Of a stretch of 58,844 nt of DNA, positions 38,361-47,721 are shown one piece after another; within the stretch, counting starts at the first letter, position 1; every line of letters begins with the position of its first letter. Location of the stretch: the IMG/VR virus record IMGVR_UViG_3300031463_000546, positions 1 to 58,844 of that record; one strand, 5' to 3'. The translations under genes and the position numbers were made by a program. Below the pieces are notes generated by a model. That model did not search any database and was not told the DNA's origin. It saw only the letters and a list, made by a program, of their open reading frames with translations. Source of the DNA: a virus (Duplodnaviria > Caudoviricetes).

Positions 38361-38580
38361 GTATCCACCATTGAAGGATCATTATGGCGATTAACATTCC
38401 TGTCAATTTGTAACTGAATAACACTGCCAACATGTTTGCTTCTGTACCGTATGACCATGCACCAATTCAACTTGTGTATTTCCCTCCTGCCTAATTAGCC
38501 ACGTCACTTTCCACAACGTTTACGTATGTAAGCCAGCGCATGTAAGCGCTCTCCCAGCATCTATTCTCAAGGTATTTCTG

Positions 38581-38730
38581 ATACATGTCTTTGCCACCGA
38601 CCGAGAGCGCCTGGCCTTTCTGTTCGTATATTACGACCGCCTCTGGTCCGAGGAAGATGCGGTCGATATCACGCTGCTAGCAGAAGAGCTACAAGTGATC
38701 GAGGAAAAATTCTTCCCTAGCATTTCGTAA
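38581..38730 (+). pseudogene. Degenerate copy of the 5' end of the MTase-protease gene
   Basis: IHVFATDRERLAFL...AVDITLLAEEL vs MHTFATDLDRIVFL...SVDITTEEL; begins ATA rather than ATG. Confidence 0.6.
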
Positions 38731-38796
38731 TATTTGCTGCCTCAAACGTATGAGGGTGCATGTAGGGGTGTTTACACCCCGCCAGAGATCACTCAC

Positions 38797-41700
38797 ATGC
38801 ACACCTTCGCTACCGACCTGGATCGTATAGTCTTCCTCCTGGAAGCCGATGCCGACCTGCATGGCTTCCTCGGCCTGACCGCCGAGGGAGCCACACAGGA
38901 GCCGTCGGTTGACATCACCACCGAGGAACTCCCCGAGGGTGAACGTCCGAAGTACATCACCAACTACATCGGGAGCAAGCAGAAACTCGTCGAGTGGATC
39001 TGGAAGCATACCCCGGATGGCATCGCCTCGGTGCTCGATGGGTTCAGCGGGTCGAGTGTGGTCGCCTATATGTACAAGACCAAGGGGCTGCGAGTGGTCG
39101 CCAATGACCGGCTGCGCTACGCCTATCACGCCGCGCGGGCCATCGTTGAGAATGATGACACCCGCATCAGCAGCGAGGAACTGAACACGCTCCTGCAGCC
39201 CAACGCGAAAGCCGCCACCTTTGTGCAGGACAACTTCAAAGGGTTGTTCTTCGCCAACGGCGTGCATGCGATCATCGACCAGGTGCGCGCCAATATCGAC
39301 GCGGTCTCCGGTTACAAAAAAGACATTGCCCTCTTCGCCCTCGGTAAAACGTGCATGTCCGGCAAGGGGGGATTCGGACACTTCTCCAGCAGCACCGATT
39401 ACGGCAAACGGCAGGATACCCCGGATGAATTCAAACAGCGCTTCGCCAAAAACGTCGCCCGCATCAACGCACTGGTATTCAGCAACGGCAAAGACTGCAA
39501 GGCGAACCAGAAAGACATCAACGCCCTGCTACCCGAGGTGAAGGTCGATCTCGCGTATTTCGATCCACCGTATGCTACCGAGTTCAGCACCACCAATTAC
39601 GAGAAATCCTACCATTTCGTCGAAGGGTTGATGAGCTACTGGGATGGGTTGGAGATCAAAGCTGATACAAAGACGCATCACTACGTCACCGATCACCAGA
39701 CGGTGACCAAGGCAAATGCCAATGCTTTCTTCGCTGAGTTCCTGGCCAATGCCAAGCAGATCCCGCATTGGCTGATTTCCTATCGGGATCATGCCTATCC
39801 GAACGAAACGGAGATGCGTCAGATCATCGCCGACACCGGCAAGGATGTCAGCCTGCGCTCGCACGACCATCATTATTCGATCTCCTCGCGGCATGGCGAT
39901 GCGTCCGATGCCAAGGAGTACCTGTTCATCTGTGCGCATGATACCGGCGCGAAGGCTAAGGCTGATGAAGAAGCGGGGGATTTCGAAACGTCCGGGGAGT
40001 TGGATCATCTGGAACTCCTTACCTGCATGGCGGGTAAAGACGATGACCCTGTGCGGGTCACCGGCTACATGGGCTCTAAGTACGTCATGCTTGGGTGGAT
40101 CGCCCGGCAAGTACCGAAGGAGGCGAAGTCCATTCTCGATGCCTTCAGTGGCGGGGCGAATGTCGCCTACCACTTCAAACGCCAGGGGCTGAAGGTGGTC
40201 GCCAACGACCTGCTGCGCTATCCCTATCACCTGGCGCGCGCGGTGGTCGAGAACAGCCATGAAACGCTCACCGATGACGATATCGAGCGCATCCTCGCGC
40301 CGAATGCCGATGCCGGGGATTTCATCGTGCGCACCTTCCACGGTTACTACTATTCGAAGCCGGTGCTGGCGTGGCTAGACCAGGTATGGGCGAACATCCA
40401 GAAACTGCCCGGCTACAAGAAAGACCTGGCGCTGGCGACCCTCGGCACCACGGTGAAGGCGAAATCCGCTTTCGGACAGTTCAACCGTTCGAAGAAAAAT
40501 TCGAAAGCCTCGCTGGATGCTGACGCTGGTCTGTCCAATTCCCAATTGACCAATGTGCCAGTCTCCGAGTTCGTGGCGACCTTTCGCAAAACCGCCAAAC
40601 GGCTCAACAGCCTGGTATTCGATAACAGCCAGGAGTGTAAAGCGACGAATCTCGATGCGGTCGAGGCCGTGCAGAAAGTTGGCGCCGATGTGCTCTATCT
40701 CGATCCGCCGTATGTCACCGAGTTCAATCGGAACGATTACGAGAACGATCTGCATTTCGTTGAAGGTTTGATGACCCGCTGGGCCGACAAGGAGATTCTC
40801 GACAACGGGCGTCGGAGCTATCCGTCGCGCACCACCTTCACACGGGAGTCGATGCAGGAGTTGATGGCGTCGCTGGCGCGCGAGTCGCGCGGCAAGTATG
40901 ACACGGTGCTCCTCTCCTATCGCGATAAAGCCTTCCCCGCTGAAGCGGACATCCAGCGCATCTTCGCCGAACACTACGGACTGGTACGCCGGAAAGCCAT
41001 GGAGGTGGAGTACAACATGGCGCGCACCTATGGCGCCGGCGGTCAATTCGCAAAAGAACTGCTCTTCGTCTCCTCGAAGCCGCGCCAGGCGGCGAAGACG
41101 GCGCAGGCCGATCACCGCCCGGCCAATTGCCATACCAGCGTGCCCGTGGACATTCATCTCTCGACGGAAGGCCAGGCAACAACACCCGGGTCGGGTGATC
41201 CACGTTTCACTTGCATCCTCTGCCGGGTCGGCACGAACAAGAACGGCGACCACTTCCTCGCTGAAGAGCTGGCTAGCCGCTACGTGACTGCCGTCAACAA
41301 AAAAGTCGACCTGCAGCACTCGCAGGATGTCACCGATATCGTCGGCGGCATTGTCGGCTCGGATTACATCGAAGATGACGCCGGGGGCCGGGTCGAGTGC
41401 GTCGGCGAGTTGTATGTCCAAGATGCGCCCAATGCGCAGTTGGCCTACCGGCTGATGAAGTCCGGCATCATCGCACAGGTCTCGATGGAGTGCGATTACA
41501 CCGAAGGCGAATGCTCGGTCTGCGGGAAGCGGGCGCAATCGAAAAACGATTACTGCCTGCATCTGCGTAAGTACAAAGGCGGCGACTTCCAGGGTCAGCC
41601 CGTCTATGAAATTCTGCATGGCGTGACGTTCACCGGTCTCGGTCTGCTCGACCGCAAAGGGGCCGACGAAAATGCACGCATCACCCAGGTGGCCTCGCAG

Positions 41701-42306
41701 GGGGCCGACATCCCGGAAGGAGACACAATGGACGAACCGATCCGCGACGCGGCTGACAGCGAGGCCGCCAAAAAATCCACGCCGCCCGCGGGAGGCGGCA
41801 CACCGCCGGCAGATCCTGCCGCACAACTCAAGGCGCTGGAGCAGGAGAACAAGCAACTGAAGCAACAGGTTGTTGATCTGCAAAAGCAAGTCGACGAACT
41901 GCTGGCCGCACAGAAAGCCGCCGCCAATCGTGCCAAAGCCCAGGCGCTGGTGCGCAAGCTGGAACGCCAGGGGCTGAAGTTCGGCACCGACGAGGAGAAG
42001 GATGTCGAAATCGGTCGGTTGGCTGGCCTCTCCGATGAGGCATTTGCCGCCAGCGAAGCCGCTTATGGTCGTATGGCACAGGCCATGCCCGGCAAAACGG
42101 ATGCCAGTGATAAGACCAGTCAGGCCGACAAAGCCGATTGTGCTTGCGACAAGAGTAAAGCCACCGAGCAGATCACCCCGCCGTTGAAAACGGATGCCGG
42201 GGTGCGCCCGCTGGACGTCGATGACCGGAATGACTCGCTGGAAGAGCAACTGAAACGTGGCTTCCAGCAAGCGTATGACGAGCGCATCGCCCGCGTACAG
42301 AGTTAA
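38797..42306 (+). CDS. Tandem N6-adenine DNA methyltransferases fused to prohead protease and scaffold
   Basis: YIGSK/DGFSGS/DPPY and YMGSK/DAFSGG/DPPY; then NKNGD.F, DLQH, VSMEC..CSVC, GAD..A.I; coiled-coil tail; lies immediately before decoration and capsid genes. Confidence 0.88.
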   Translation: MHTFATDLDRIVFLLEADADLHGFLGLTAEGATQEPSVDITTEELPEGERPKYITNYIGSKQKLVEWIWKHTPDGIASVLDGFSGSSVVAYMYKTKGLRVVANDRLRYAYHAARAIVENDDTRISSEELNTLLQPNAKAATFVQDNFKGLFFANGVHAIIDQVRANIDAVSGYKKDIALFALGKTCMSGKGGFGHFSSSTDYGKRQDTPDEFKQRFAKNVARINALVFSNGKDCKANQKDINALLPEVKVDLAYFDPPYATEFSTTNYEKSYHFVEGLMSYWDGLEIKADTKTHHYVTDHQTVTKANANAFFAEFLANAKQIPHWLISYRDHAYPNETEMRQIIADTGKDVSLRSHDHHYSISSRHGDASDAKEYLFICAHDTGAKAKADEEAGDFETSGELDHLELLTCMAGKDDDPVRVTGYMGSKYVMLGWIARQVPKEAKSILDAFSGGANVAYHFKRQGLKVVANDLLRYPYHLARAVVENSHETLTDDDIERILAPNADAGDFIVRTFHGYYYSKPVLAWLDQVWANIQKLPGYKKDLALATLGTTVKAKSAFGQFNRSKKNSKASLDADAGLSNSQLTNVPVSEFVATFRKTAKRLNSLVFDNSQECKATNLDAVEAVQKVGADVLYLDPPYVTEFNRNDYENDLHFVEGLMTRWADKEILDNGRRSYPSRTTFTRESMQELMASLARESRGKYDTVLLSYRDKAFPAEADIQRIFAEHYGLVRRKAMEVEYNMARTYGAGGQFAKELLFVSSKPRQAAKTAQADHRPANCHTSVPVDIHLSTEGQATTPGSGDPRFTCILCRVGTNKNGDHFLAEELASRYVTAVNKKVDLQHSQDVTDIVGGIVGSDYIEDDAGGRVECVGELYVQDAPNAQLAYRLMKSGIIAQVSMECDYTEGECSVCGKRAQSKNDYCLHLRKYKGGDFQGQPVYEILHGVTFTGLGLLDRKGADENARITQVASQGADIPEGDTMDEPIRDAADSEAAKKSTPPAGGGTPPADPAAQLKALEQENKQLKQQVVDLQKQVDELLAAQKAAANRAKAQALVRKLERQGLKFGTDEEKDVEIGRLAGLSDEAFAASEAAYGRMAQAMPGKTDASDKTSQADKADCACDKSKATEQITPPLKTDAGVRPLDVDDRNDSLEEQLKRGFQQAYDERIARVQS
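41728..42306 (+). CDS. Nested in-frame scaffolding protein (internal start)
   Basis: AAGGAG RBS then ATG 41728 in frame; coiled coil LKALEQENKQLKQQV. Confidence 0.65.
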   Translation: MDEPIRDAADSEAAKKSTPPAGGGTPPADPAAQLKALEQENKQLKQQVVDLQKQVDELLAAQKAAANRAKAQALVRKLERQGLKFGTDEEKDVEIGRLAGLSDEAFAASEAAYGRMAQAMPGKTDASDKTSQADKADCACDKSKATEQITPPLKTDAGVRPLDVDDRNDSLEEQLKRGFQQAYDERIARVQS

Positions 42307-42327
42307 ATCACGAGAGGAGATTCATCC

Positions 42328-42690
42328 ATGTCCTATATTACTCCGGTCCATCAGGGGCTGTGCTATGGCGACGGGACGCTGCAAGGTGCGGGCGCGCTCG
42401 GGCAGGTGGTGCGCCTGGTTGGCAACGACCGCTTCGCCGATAACACCGATCCCGCGCTAAAGAGCTTCGGCATGCTGGCCAAAGACTACAAGGACGGCGA
42501 CATGCCGGGCGTCTACTGCAACGGCGGCGTCTATGAGACCGATGTGTTCGACGGCACGATTCAGGCTGGTGACGATCTGAAGGTGTCGACAAACGGCAAG
42601 CTTTCCGCCGGCGTGCAACAAGGCGAACAGATCATCGCCCGCGCCATCGCCGTCGAGGGTGGTCTGCTGAAGTTCCGGCTGTGGCTGTAA
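42328..42690 (+). CDS. Head decoration/cement protein
   Basis: 120 aa Gly-rich beta protein between scaffold and capsid. Confidence 0.65.
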   Translation: MSYITPVHQGLCYGDGTLQGAGALGQVVRLVGNDRFADNTDPALKSFGMLAKDYKDGDMPGVYCNGGVYETDVFDGTIQAGDDLKVSTNGKLSAGVQQGEQIIARAIAVEGGLLKFRLWL

Positions 42691-42706
42691 AGGAGACTTG
42701 CCAGTA

Positions 42707-43825
42707 ATGAAAACGACCATGAATCAAGCGTATATGGCGAAAATGGCGCAGTTGATGAGCCAGGCGCTGGAATCCCCCGAGGGGATGCGCGCGCTGGCGG
42801 CCGCCATTGCCGCGCCTATCGAGCAGGAGATCGCCCGCAAGGAAATCTCATCGCTACTCCTCACCCAGCACACGTTGCCGAAGGGGGAGCGCCCGCTGTA
42901 TCAGAAGAAGCCGCGTGTAAAAGCCTACTGGATTTCCACCGAAGGGGAGATCCGCGAGCAGCAACTCGGGCAGGATGAGGTGGAATTCGGCACCAACCGC
43001 ATCCACTCGAACCCGATGGTGGATGTGTCGGTGCTGAAAAACGGCAATATCGGCACGTTGATGGATATCCAGCAGGCGGCCGCCGACGAGATCCGCAAGG
43101 AGATCGACAAGCGCACCATCAACGTGGTGTCCGCGGCGGTGCCCAGCGCCAACACCATCGAGGTGGCAGGCAGCGTCATCACCGAAGCGGCGCTCAACGA
43201 GGCCATTTCCATTCTGGAAGACCTGGAACTGTCGGCCAAATACATCGTCATGCGCGGGAGGCGCTTCAACGATCTGCGCGGTTGGGATCTCGATCCGCAG
43301 ACGCAAAACGAGTTGCGCACCAAGGGTGTGATCAAAAACTACGGCACCGGCGGCATCCTGCTCACCGCGTCTGCGGCGCTGAATGAAGTGCTCATTCTCC
43401 CGGAGGATGAAGTCGGCAAAATGCCGATCCGCGAGACGCTGAAAACCGAGGCTATCGACCGCAAAGAGCGGTTTAAAACCGGCTGGTTGGTCTGGTCGGA
43501 ACTCGGGCAAGGCATCCTGCGCCCGGATATCCTGGTGAAGATCAAGCTGCTCGGGGTGAACAATCCGCCCACCGTGGGGTTGAGCAATCCAGCCGCGGTG
43601 AACCTGCAGGTGTCTGTGGTGCCGACCGCCTCCGATGGCGATACCGGTTTGGCCAATCTGCTCATTCTCTGGGGTGATGGCGAGAAGACGGATGCCGTGA
43701 CCAGCGGACAAGTCACCCAGCACGACTATGCGTTGGCTGGAACGTATCGTATCACGCTGGTCGCCACCGACACCTCCGGGCAGACGGCCACCACGACGAA
43801 GATGGTCACCGTGACCGCTGGATAA
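42707..43825 (+). CDS. Major capsid protein (HK97 fold) with C-terminal PKD domain
   Basis: Position and size; after VKIKL comes NNPPT...WGDG...HDY..AGTY.ITL.ATD. Confidence 0.82.
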   Translation: MKTTMNQAYMAKMAQLMSQALESPEGMRALAAAIAAPIEQEIARKEISSLLLTQHTLPKGERPLYQKKPRVKAYWISTEGEIREQQLGQDEVEFGTNRIHSNPMVDVSVLKNGNIGTLMDIQQAAADEIRKEIDKRTINVVSAAVPSANTIEVAGSVITEAALNEAISILEDLELSAKYIVMRGRRFNDLRGWDLDPQTQNELRTKGVIKNYGTGGILLTASAALNEVLILPEDEVGKMPIRETLKTEAIDRKERFKTGWLVWSELGQGILRPDILVKIKLLGVNNPPTVGLSNPAAVNLQVSVVPTASDGDTGLANLLILWGDGEKTDAVTSGQVTQHDYALAGTYRITLVATDTSGQTATTTKMVTVTAG

Positions 43826-43835
43826 GGGGAATCCG

Positions 43836-44138
43836 ATGTCGTACGTCATCCGTAACCTTCATCCCTCCGTGATCCACATCCCGGATGCCAGGCTGCGCCT
43901 GAATGCCGGGCAGACGGCGGTGATGGAGACCCTTACCCCGCAGATCGAGACGTTGCTGGTGAATCGGACGCTGGAGATCATGGCCAGTAACTCCGATTCG
44001 CCAGAGGCGATAATGCCGGTCGATGGGGAGTGTATTGCTTCCGAAGTCACGGAACCTGCCATGCCGGCAATCGCAGAGAAGAAGAACAGAAAATCCGTGA
44101 CAGCGACAAAATCGGAGCAGAGTGATGACGCTCAGTGA
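43836..44138 (+). CDS. Hypothetical protein
   Basis: GGGGA RBS; in head-neck operon. Confidence 0.65.
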   Translation: MSYVIRNLHPSVIHIPDARLRLNAGQTAVMETLTPQIETLLVNRTLEIMASNSDSPEAIMPVDGECIASEVTEPAMPAIAEKKNRKSVTATKSEQSDDAQ

Positions 44139-44580
44139 ACTCGTGCAGGCGATGCGAATCGATCTCGGCGACACAGAAAGCGAACTCTTCGGGGATATGG
44201 CGCTGGAGCGGTGTGTGATTCGGGCGATCTACCCCGTGGGCCAGGATGCGGGACAACCGCTGAAGATGGTCAATGGGGAAATCGCCCCCGAACCGGATGG
44301 CAATAGCGCGGAGGTGCTGCTGCTCCTCGCGGAGAGTTACGCGTGCGGCGTGATGCGCGGCAAAACCGCGAACGGGGTCAACATCAGCTCCGGCGATAAA
44401 CGGGTGGATCGCAGTACGCAAGCCAAGCACTGGGCCGACCTGGAAGCCGATTTATTGGCGCGATACCGGCAGCGCATCACGGAGATGACGGGCGGTGAGT
44501 TCTTCATCACCCCGCCACCGCTGCGCCCTGTTATGTACGAGCAAGGCTGTGAGGTGATCGAGTATGAGCTCAGTGAGTGA
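44122..44580 (+). CDS. Head-tail connector (adaptor)
   Basis: Synteny; helical N-terminus, ISSGD..VDR strand. Confidence 0.6.
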   Translation: MMTLSELVQAMRIDLGDTESELFGDMALERCVIRAIYPVGQDAGQPLKMVNGEIAPEPDGNSAEVLLLLAESYACGVMRGKTANGVNISSGDKRVDRSTQAKHWADLEADLLARYRQRITEMTGGEFFITPPPLRPVMYEQGCEVIEYELSE

Positions 44581-44926
44581 GGCGGAACAGCGGCAGGCTG
44601 TCGCGGACGTGCGGACCATCATCCTGGCTGCCGGGCAGCGGGCCATGGTCATGCGGGAGATGTCCGGTGAGCGACTGTACGGTGCCGATGATGCCGAGTA
44701 TGCCATGATCGGCACGATCCCGGTGGAATGCGTGCCCACCCCGCCCGAGGAGCTGGCGCAGAAGATCGACGGCACGGCGAATGTGCTGGCGGATGCGGAT
44801 GTGCAGGCGAAAGATCATCTGACTATCGGGGGCCTGCCGTATCGAGTGCAGGCGGTGCGTGAGGAGCGCTGGTTTGGCGTGGTCACGCACAAAGTGTTGT
44901 CACTGGTGCGGTTTCATGGGCGTTGA
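44564..44926 (+). CDS. Head closure protein
   Basis: Synteny; DHLTIGG..YRVQAV beta-barrel pattern. Confidence 0.6.
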   Translation: MSSVSEAEQRQAVADVRTIILAAGQRAMVMREMSGERLYGADDAEYAMIGTIPVECVPTPPEELAQKIDGTANVLADADVQAKDHLTIGGLPYRVQAVREERWFGVVTHKVLSLVRFHGR

Positions 44927-45407
44927 ATTGTTTGGCGATTGGGAGCGCGTGCGGCATCTGCTGGAAGATCAACCCGGCGCGCGCCTGGCGCTGGCCATCC
45001 GGCAGGCCACAGTGAAAGCCGCCATCCTGCTGGTGCGGGAAATCCAGCGTGGCATTCGCAGCCAGGCGCCGGGCGGACAGCCTTTCGTGCAATTGGCGGC
45101 ATCGACCATTACCCGCAAGCATTCGAGCAAGGCATTGATCGACACGGGTTTCCTGATCAATTCGATCTCGCATCGCATCCTGAAGGATCAGGCGTTCGTC
45201 GGGTTGCTGAAGACGACAGTGTATCGTGATGGCGAGTCGGTGGCGAATATCGGGGCGGTCATGGAGTACGGCGCGACCATCCCCATGCCGAACGGGGTGA
45301 CGATCATCATCCCTGCCCGTCCCTTTCTGCACCCGGTGATGGCGCAGCATAAGGATGCGATTCTCGATCTCTATCGCGATGCATTACGGTCGGCATTGTT
45401 GGAGTAA
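44916..45407 (+). CDS. Virion morphogenesis / tail completion protein (Mu gpG, HK97 gp10-like)
   Basis: LAASTI.RK...LIDTG.L.NSI; EYGA; IPARPFL. Confidence 0.85.
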   Translation: MGVELFGDWERVRHLLEDQPGARLALAIRQATVKAAILLVREIQRGIRSQAPGGQPFVQLAASTITRKHSSKALIDTGFLINSISHRILKDQAFVGLLKTTVYRDGESVANIGAVMEYGATIPMPNGVTIIIPARPFLHPVMAQHKDAILDLYRDALRSALLE

Positions 45408-45417
45408 AGGGAGTGCG

Positions 45418-45957
45418 ATGGACACCATCCGCCTAACGACTGAAGCGTTGATCCGTCTCTTCCAAGCCGAGATCGATCCGCACACGCTGCTGGTGGCCGC
45501 CGATGATGTGTTCGAAGCCACCGAGGTGCCGGCGCTGCTGCTCCAGGGGCCGACGCCGGTGGAGGATGCGCGACGGCGCACGCTGGCGCAGTGGACGGAG
45601 CGGGATCAGGCGGCGATGTCCTTTCGCCGTGGGCGCTATCCCCGGCTCTATCACCTGGAGTTCGAATTGGTGGCGTCCGCGGGCGATGAACGGAGCTTAC
45701 TCACGCTCATCGGCAAGGTCGCGGCGCTCTACCAGCGGATACCGCTGCTGACGGTGCCGGATATGGGTGCGCTCCCGCTGACGGAAGTGACGCCGCTTGG
45801 AGGCGGGCGGCGTGTGAATTTATCGAATCTGCGCCAGGCGTCGGGTCGCCTGCGCATCGAGGATTGTCCGGTCGGCGATGCGGACGCCTTGCAGACGGAA
45901 ACGGGATCTCTCATCGGGACACCCACCATCGCCGTAGATTTCGGAGGACGGGAATGA
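45418..45957 (+). CDS. Tail terminator-like protein
   Basis: Synteny just upstream of sheath; ~180 aa. Confidence 0.55.
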   Translation: MDTIRLTTEALIRLFQAEIDPHTLLVAADDVFEATEVPALLLQGPTPVEDARRRTLAQWTERDQAAMSFRRGRYPRLYHLEFELVASAGDERSLLTLIGKVAALYQRIPLLTVPDMGALPLTEVTPLGGGRRVNLSNLRQASGRLRIEDCPVGDADALQTETGSLIGTPTIAVDFGGRE

Positions 45958-46175
45958 CGGTCGTACTCAATAAGCTGTTTCAGCCGCTGACCTATCAGAC
46001 GGCGAGTGGCGCCGGATTGCACCTGCCGCCGCGGGGGCGGGTCGAGTTGCCAGAACGTGAAGTGTCCGAGGAACTGCGCCGGGCGGCGCAACGCAGATTC
46101 ATCGTCCTGGATGCGGAAACGCCGACCGCCGGTGATCCCGTCGACTCGGCGGACACCGGGACAAAGGAGGGCTGA
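45954..46175 (+). CDS. Small hypothetical protein
   Basis: GGAGG RBS, ATGA overlap. Confidence 0.6.
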   Translation: MTVVLNKLFQPLTYQTASGAGLHLPPRGRVELPEREVSEELRRAAQRRFIVLDAETPTAGDPVDSADTGTKEG

Positions 46176-46179
46176 TTCC

Positions 46180-47709
46180 ATGCCGAGTTATTTCTCACCG
46201 GGCATTTATCCCCGTGAAATCGACTTTTCCTTTTACGTGAAGCAGATCTCCACCAGCGCCTGCGCCATGGTAGGTGTGACCGAGCGCGGTCCTGTCAATG
46301 AGCCGACGCTGGTGACGAGTTGGGAGCAGTTCCTGCACACCTTCGGCGGCTATCTCGCCGCCGGGTACCTGGTGTATGCCGCACGCGCCTTCTTCGATAA
46401 TGGCGGTTCGGTGCTCTGGGTCACGCGCATCGCACATGCCACCGATCCGACGAAACCCGAGACACTGGTTGCAGTGCCGGCGACCGTCACGTTGAAAGAT
46501 CGTGCGGGGACGCCGGTCAATACGCTGACGATCACGGCGGCGTCGCCGGGCACGTGGGGACGGAAGCTTTCGATCACCGTGCAGGACGGCACGCGTAATC
46601 CGACCACCGAGTTTACCCTGCTGGTGAAGGAAAACGGCGTGGTCAGTGAAGTCTACGCCGACCTGTCGCTGGACGAAACGAAGGCGAACTACGTTGAGTT
46701 GATGATCAATGGGAAGTCCGACAGCATTCTCGCCGCGGACAAACAGAGCGCAACCGCATCTCCCGCGAACCGTCCGGCAACCGGAACATTCGCGCTGACC
46801 GGTGGCGACGATGGCCTGACCGGGCTGACCGACCAGGATTATATCGGCGATCCTGGTGTGCATACCGGACTCTATGCTTTCGACTCCGTCGAGGCGTTGA
46901 ACCTGCTGTGCGTGCCCGGGGTTACCACGGCCACGGTGATTATCGCCGGCCTCACGTATGCGGAGAACCGGAAAGATGTGCTCTTCCTGGCCGATGCGCC
47001 ATTTGGCATTCCCCCACAGGAAGCGCTGGATTTTCGTAAAGGCACGGGAACGTACAATCACGCGGCGTTCGATTCGTCGTATGGCGCGCTCTACTACCCA
47101 TGGCTGCGCATTACCGATCCGCTGACCAATACGGCGAAGTATGTGCCGCCCACCGGCGCGGTGGCCGGTTGTATCGCACGTTCCGACCAGAAGGCGGCGG
47201 TCTGGTCTGCCCCGGCGGGGATCGACCGGGGCCGGATACGGAACGTGTTGGGGCTGGGCTATATCACCAACCGTTCCGAGCGTGATGTGCTCTATCCGGA
47301 AGGCATCAACTGCATCGCCTCGCTCCCAGATGCCGGCATTTGCCTGTGGGGCCAGAAAACGCTGCAGGAGCTCTCATCGGCGACGGATCGGGTGAATGTG
47401 CGCCGGCTGATGATGCACATCGAGAAAGCGGTGGCTAAATCCTCGCAGTTCGTGGTCTTCGAACCGAATATCAAGGCCACCTGGCGCGCGCTCATTCGGC
47501 TGGTCACCCCTTTCCTGCAGGACATCAAGGACAAAGGCGGGCTGTATGACTTCGCCGTGCAATGCGACGAAGAGACCAATACCCCGGCGGTCATCGACCG
47601 CAACGAACTCGTCTGCCGCGTCTTTGCGAAACCGACGAAGACCGCCGAGTTCATCGAACTGAACTTCATCCTGACCGCCACCGGCGGCGATTTCAAAGAA
47701 CTGATCTAA
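46180..47709 (+). CDS. Contractile tail sheath protein
   Basis: SPGIY..E.D, GP...P.LVTSW..F...FG, YYPW, APAG, WG.KT, VNVRRL, VFEPN, P.K.AEFI. Confidence 0.96.
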   Translation: MPSYFSPGIYPREIDFSFYVKQISTSACAMVGVTERGPVNEPTLVTSWEQFLHTFGGYLAAGYLVYAARAFFDNGGSVLWVTRIAHATDPTKPETLVAVPATVTLKDRAGTPVNTLTITAASPGTWGRKLSITVQDGTRNPTTEFTLLVKENGVVSEVYADLSLDETKANYVELMINGKSDSILAADKQSATASPANRPATGTFALTGGDDGLTGLTDQDYIGDPGVHTGLYAFDSVEALNLLCVPGVTTATVIIAGLTYAENRKDVLFLADAPFGIPPQEALDFRKGTGTYNHAAFDSSYGALYYPWLRITDPLTNTAKYVPPTGAVAGCIARSDQKAAVWSAPAGIDRGRIRNVLGLGYITNRSERDVLYPEGINCIASLPDAGICLWGQKTLQELSSATDRVNVRRLMMHIEKAVAKSSQFVVFEPNIKATWRALIRLVTPFLQDIKDKGGLYDFAVQCDEETNTPAVIDRNELVCRVFAKPTKTAEFIELNFILTATGGDFKELI

Positions 47710-47721
47710 AGGAGGCATTCC

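Noticed and set aside
38797-41100. Complete type II restriction-modification system
   Set aside because: No cognate endonuclease adjacent; MTases are fused to a head protein
27794-42270. Long antisense ORFs (27794..29233, 29326..30741, 31062..32129, 40375..42270)
   Set aside because: Mirror frames of well-supported plus-strand genes
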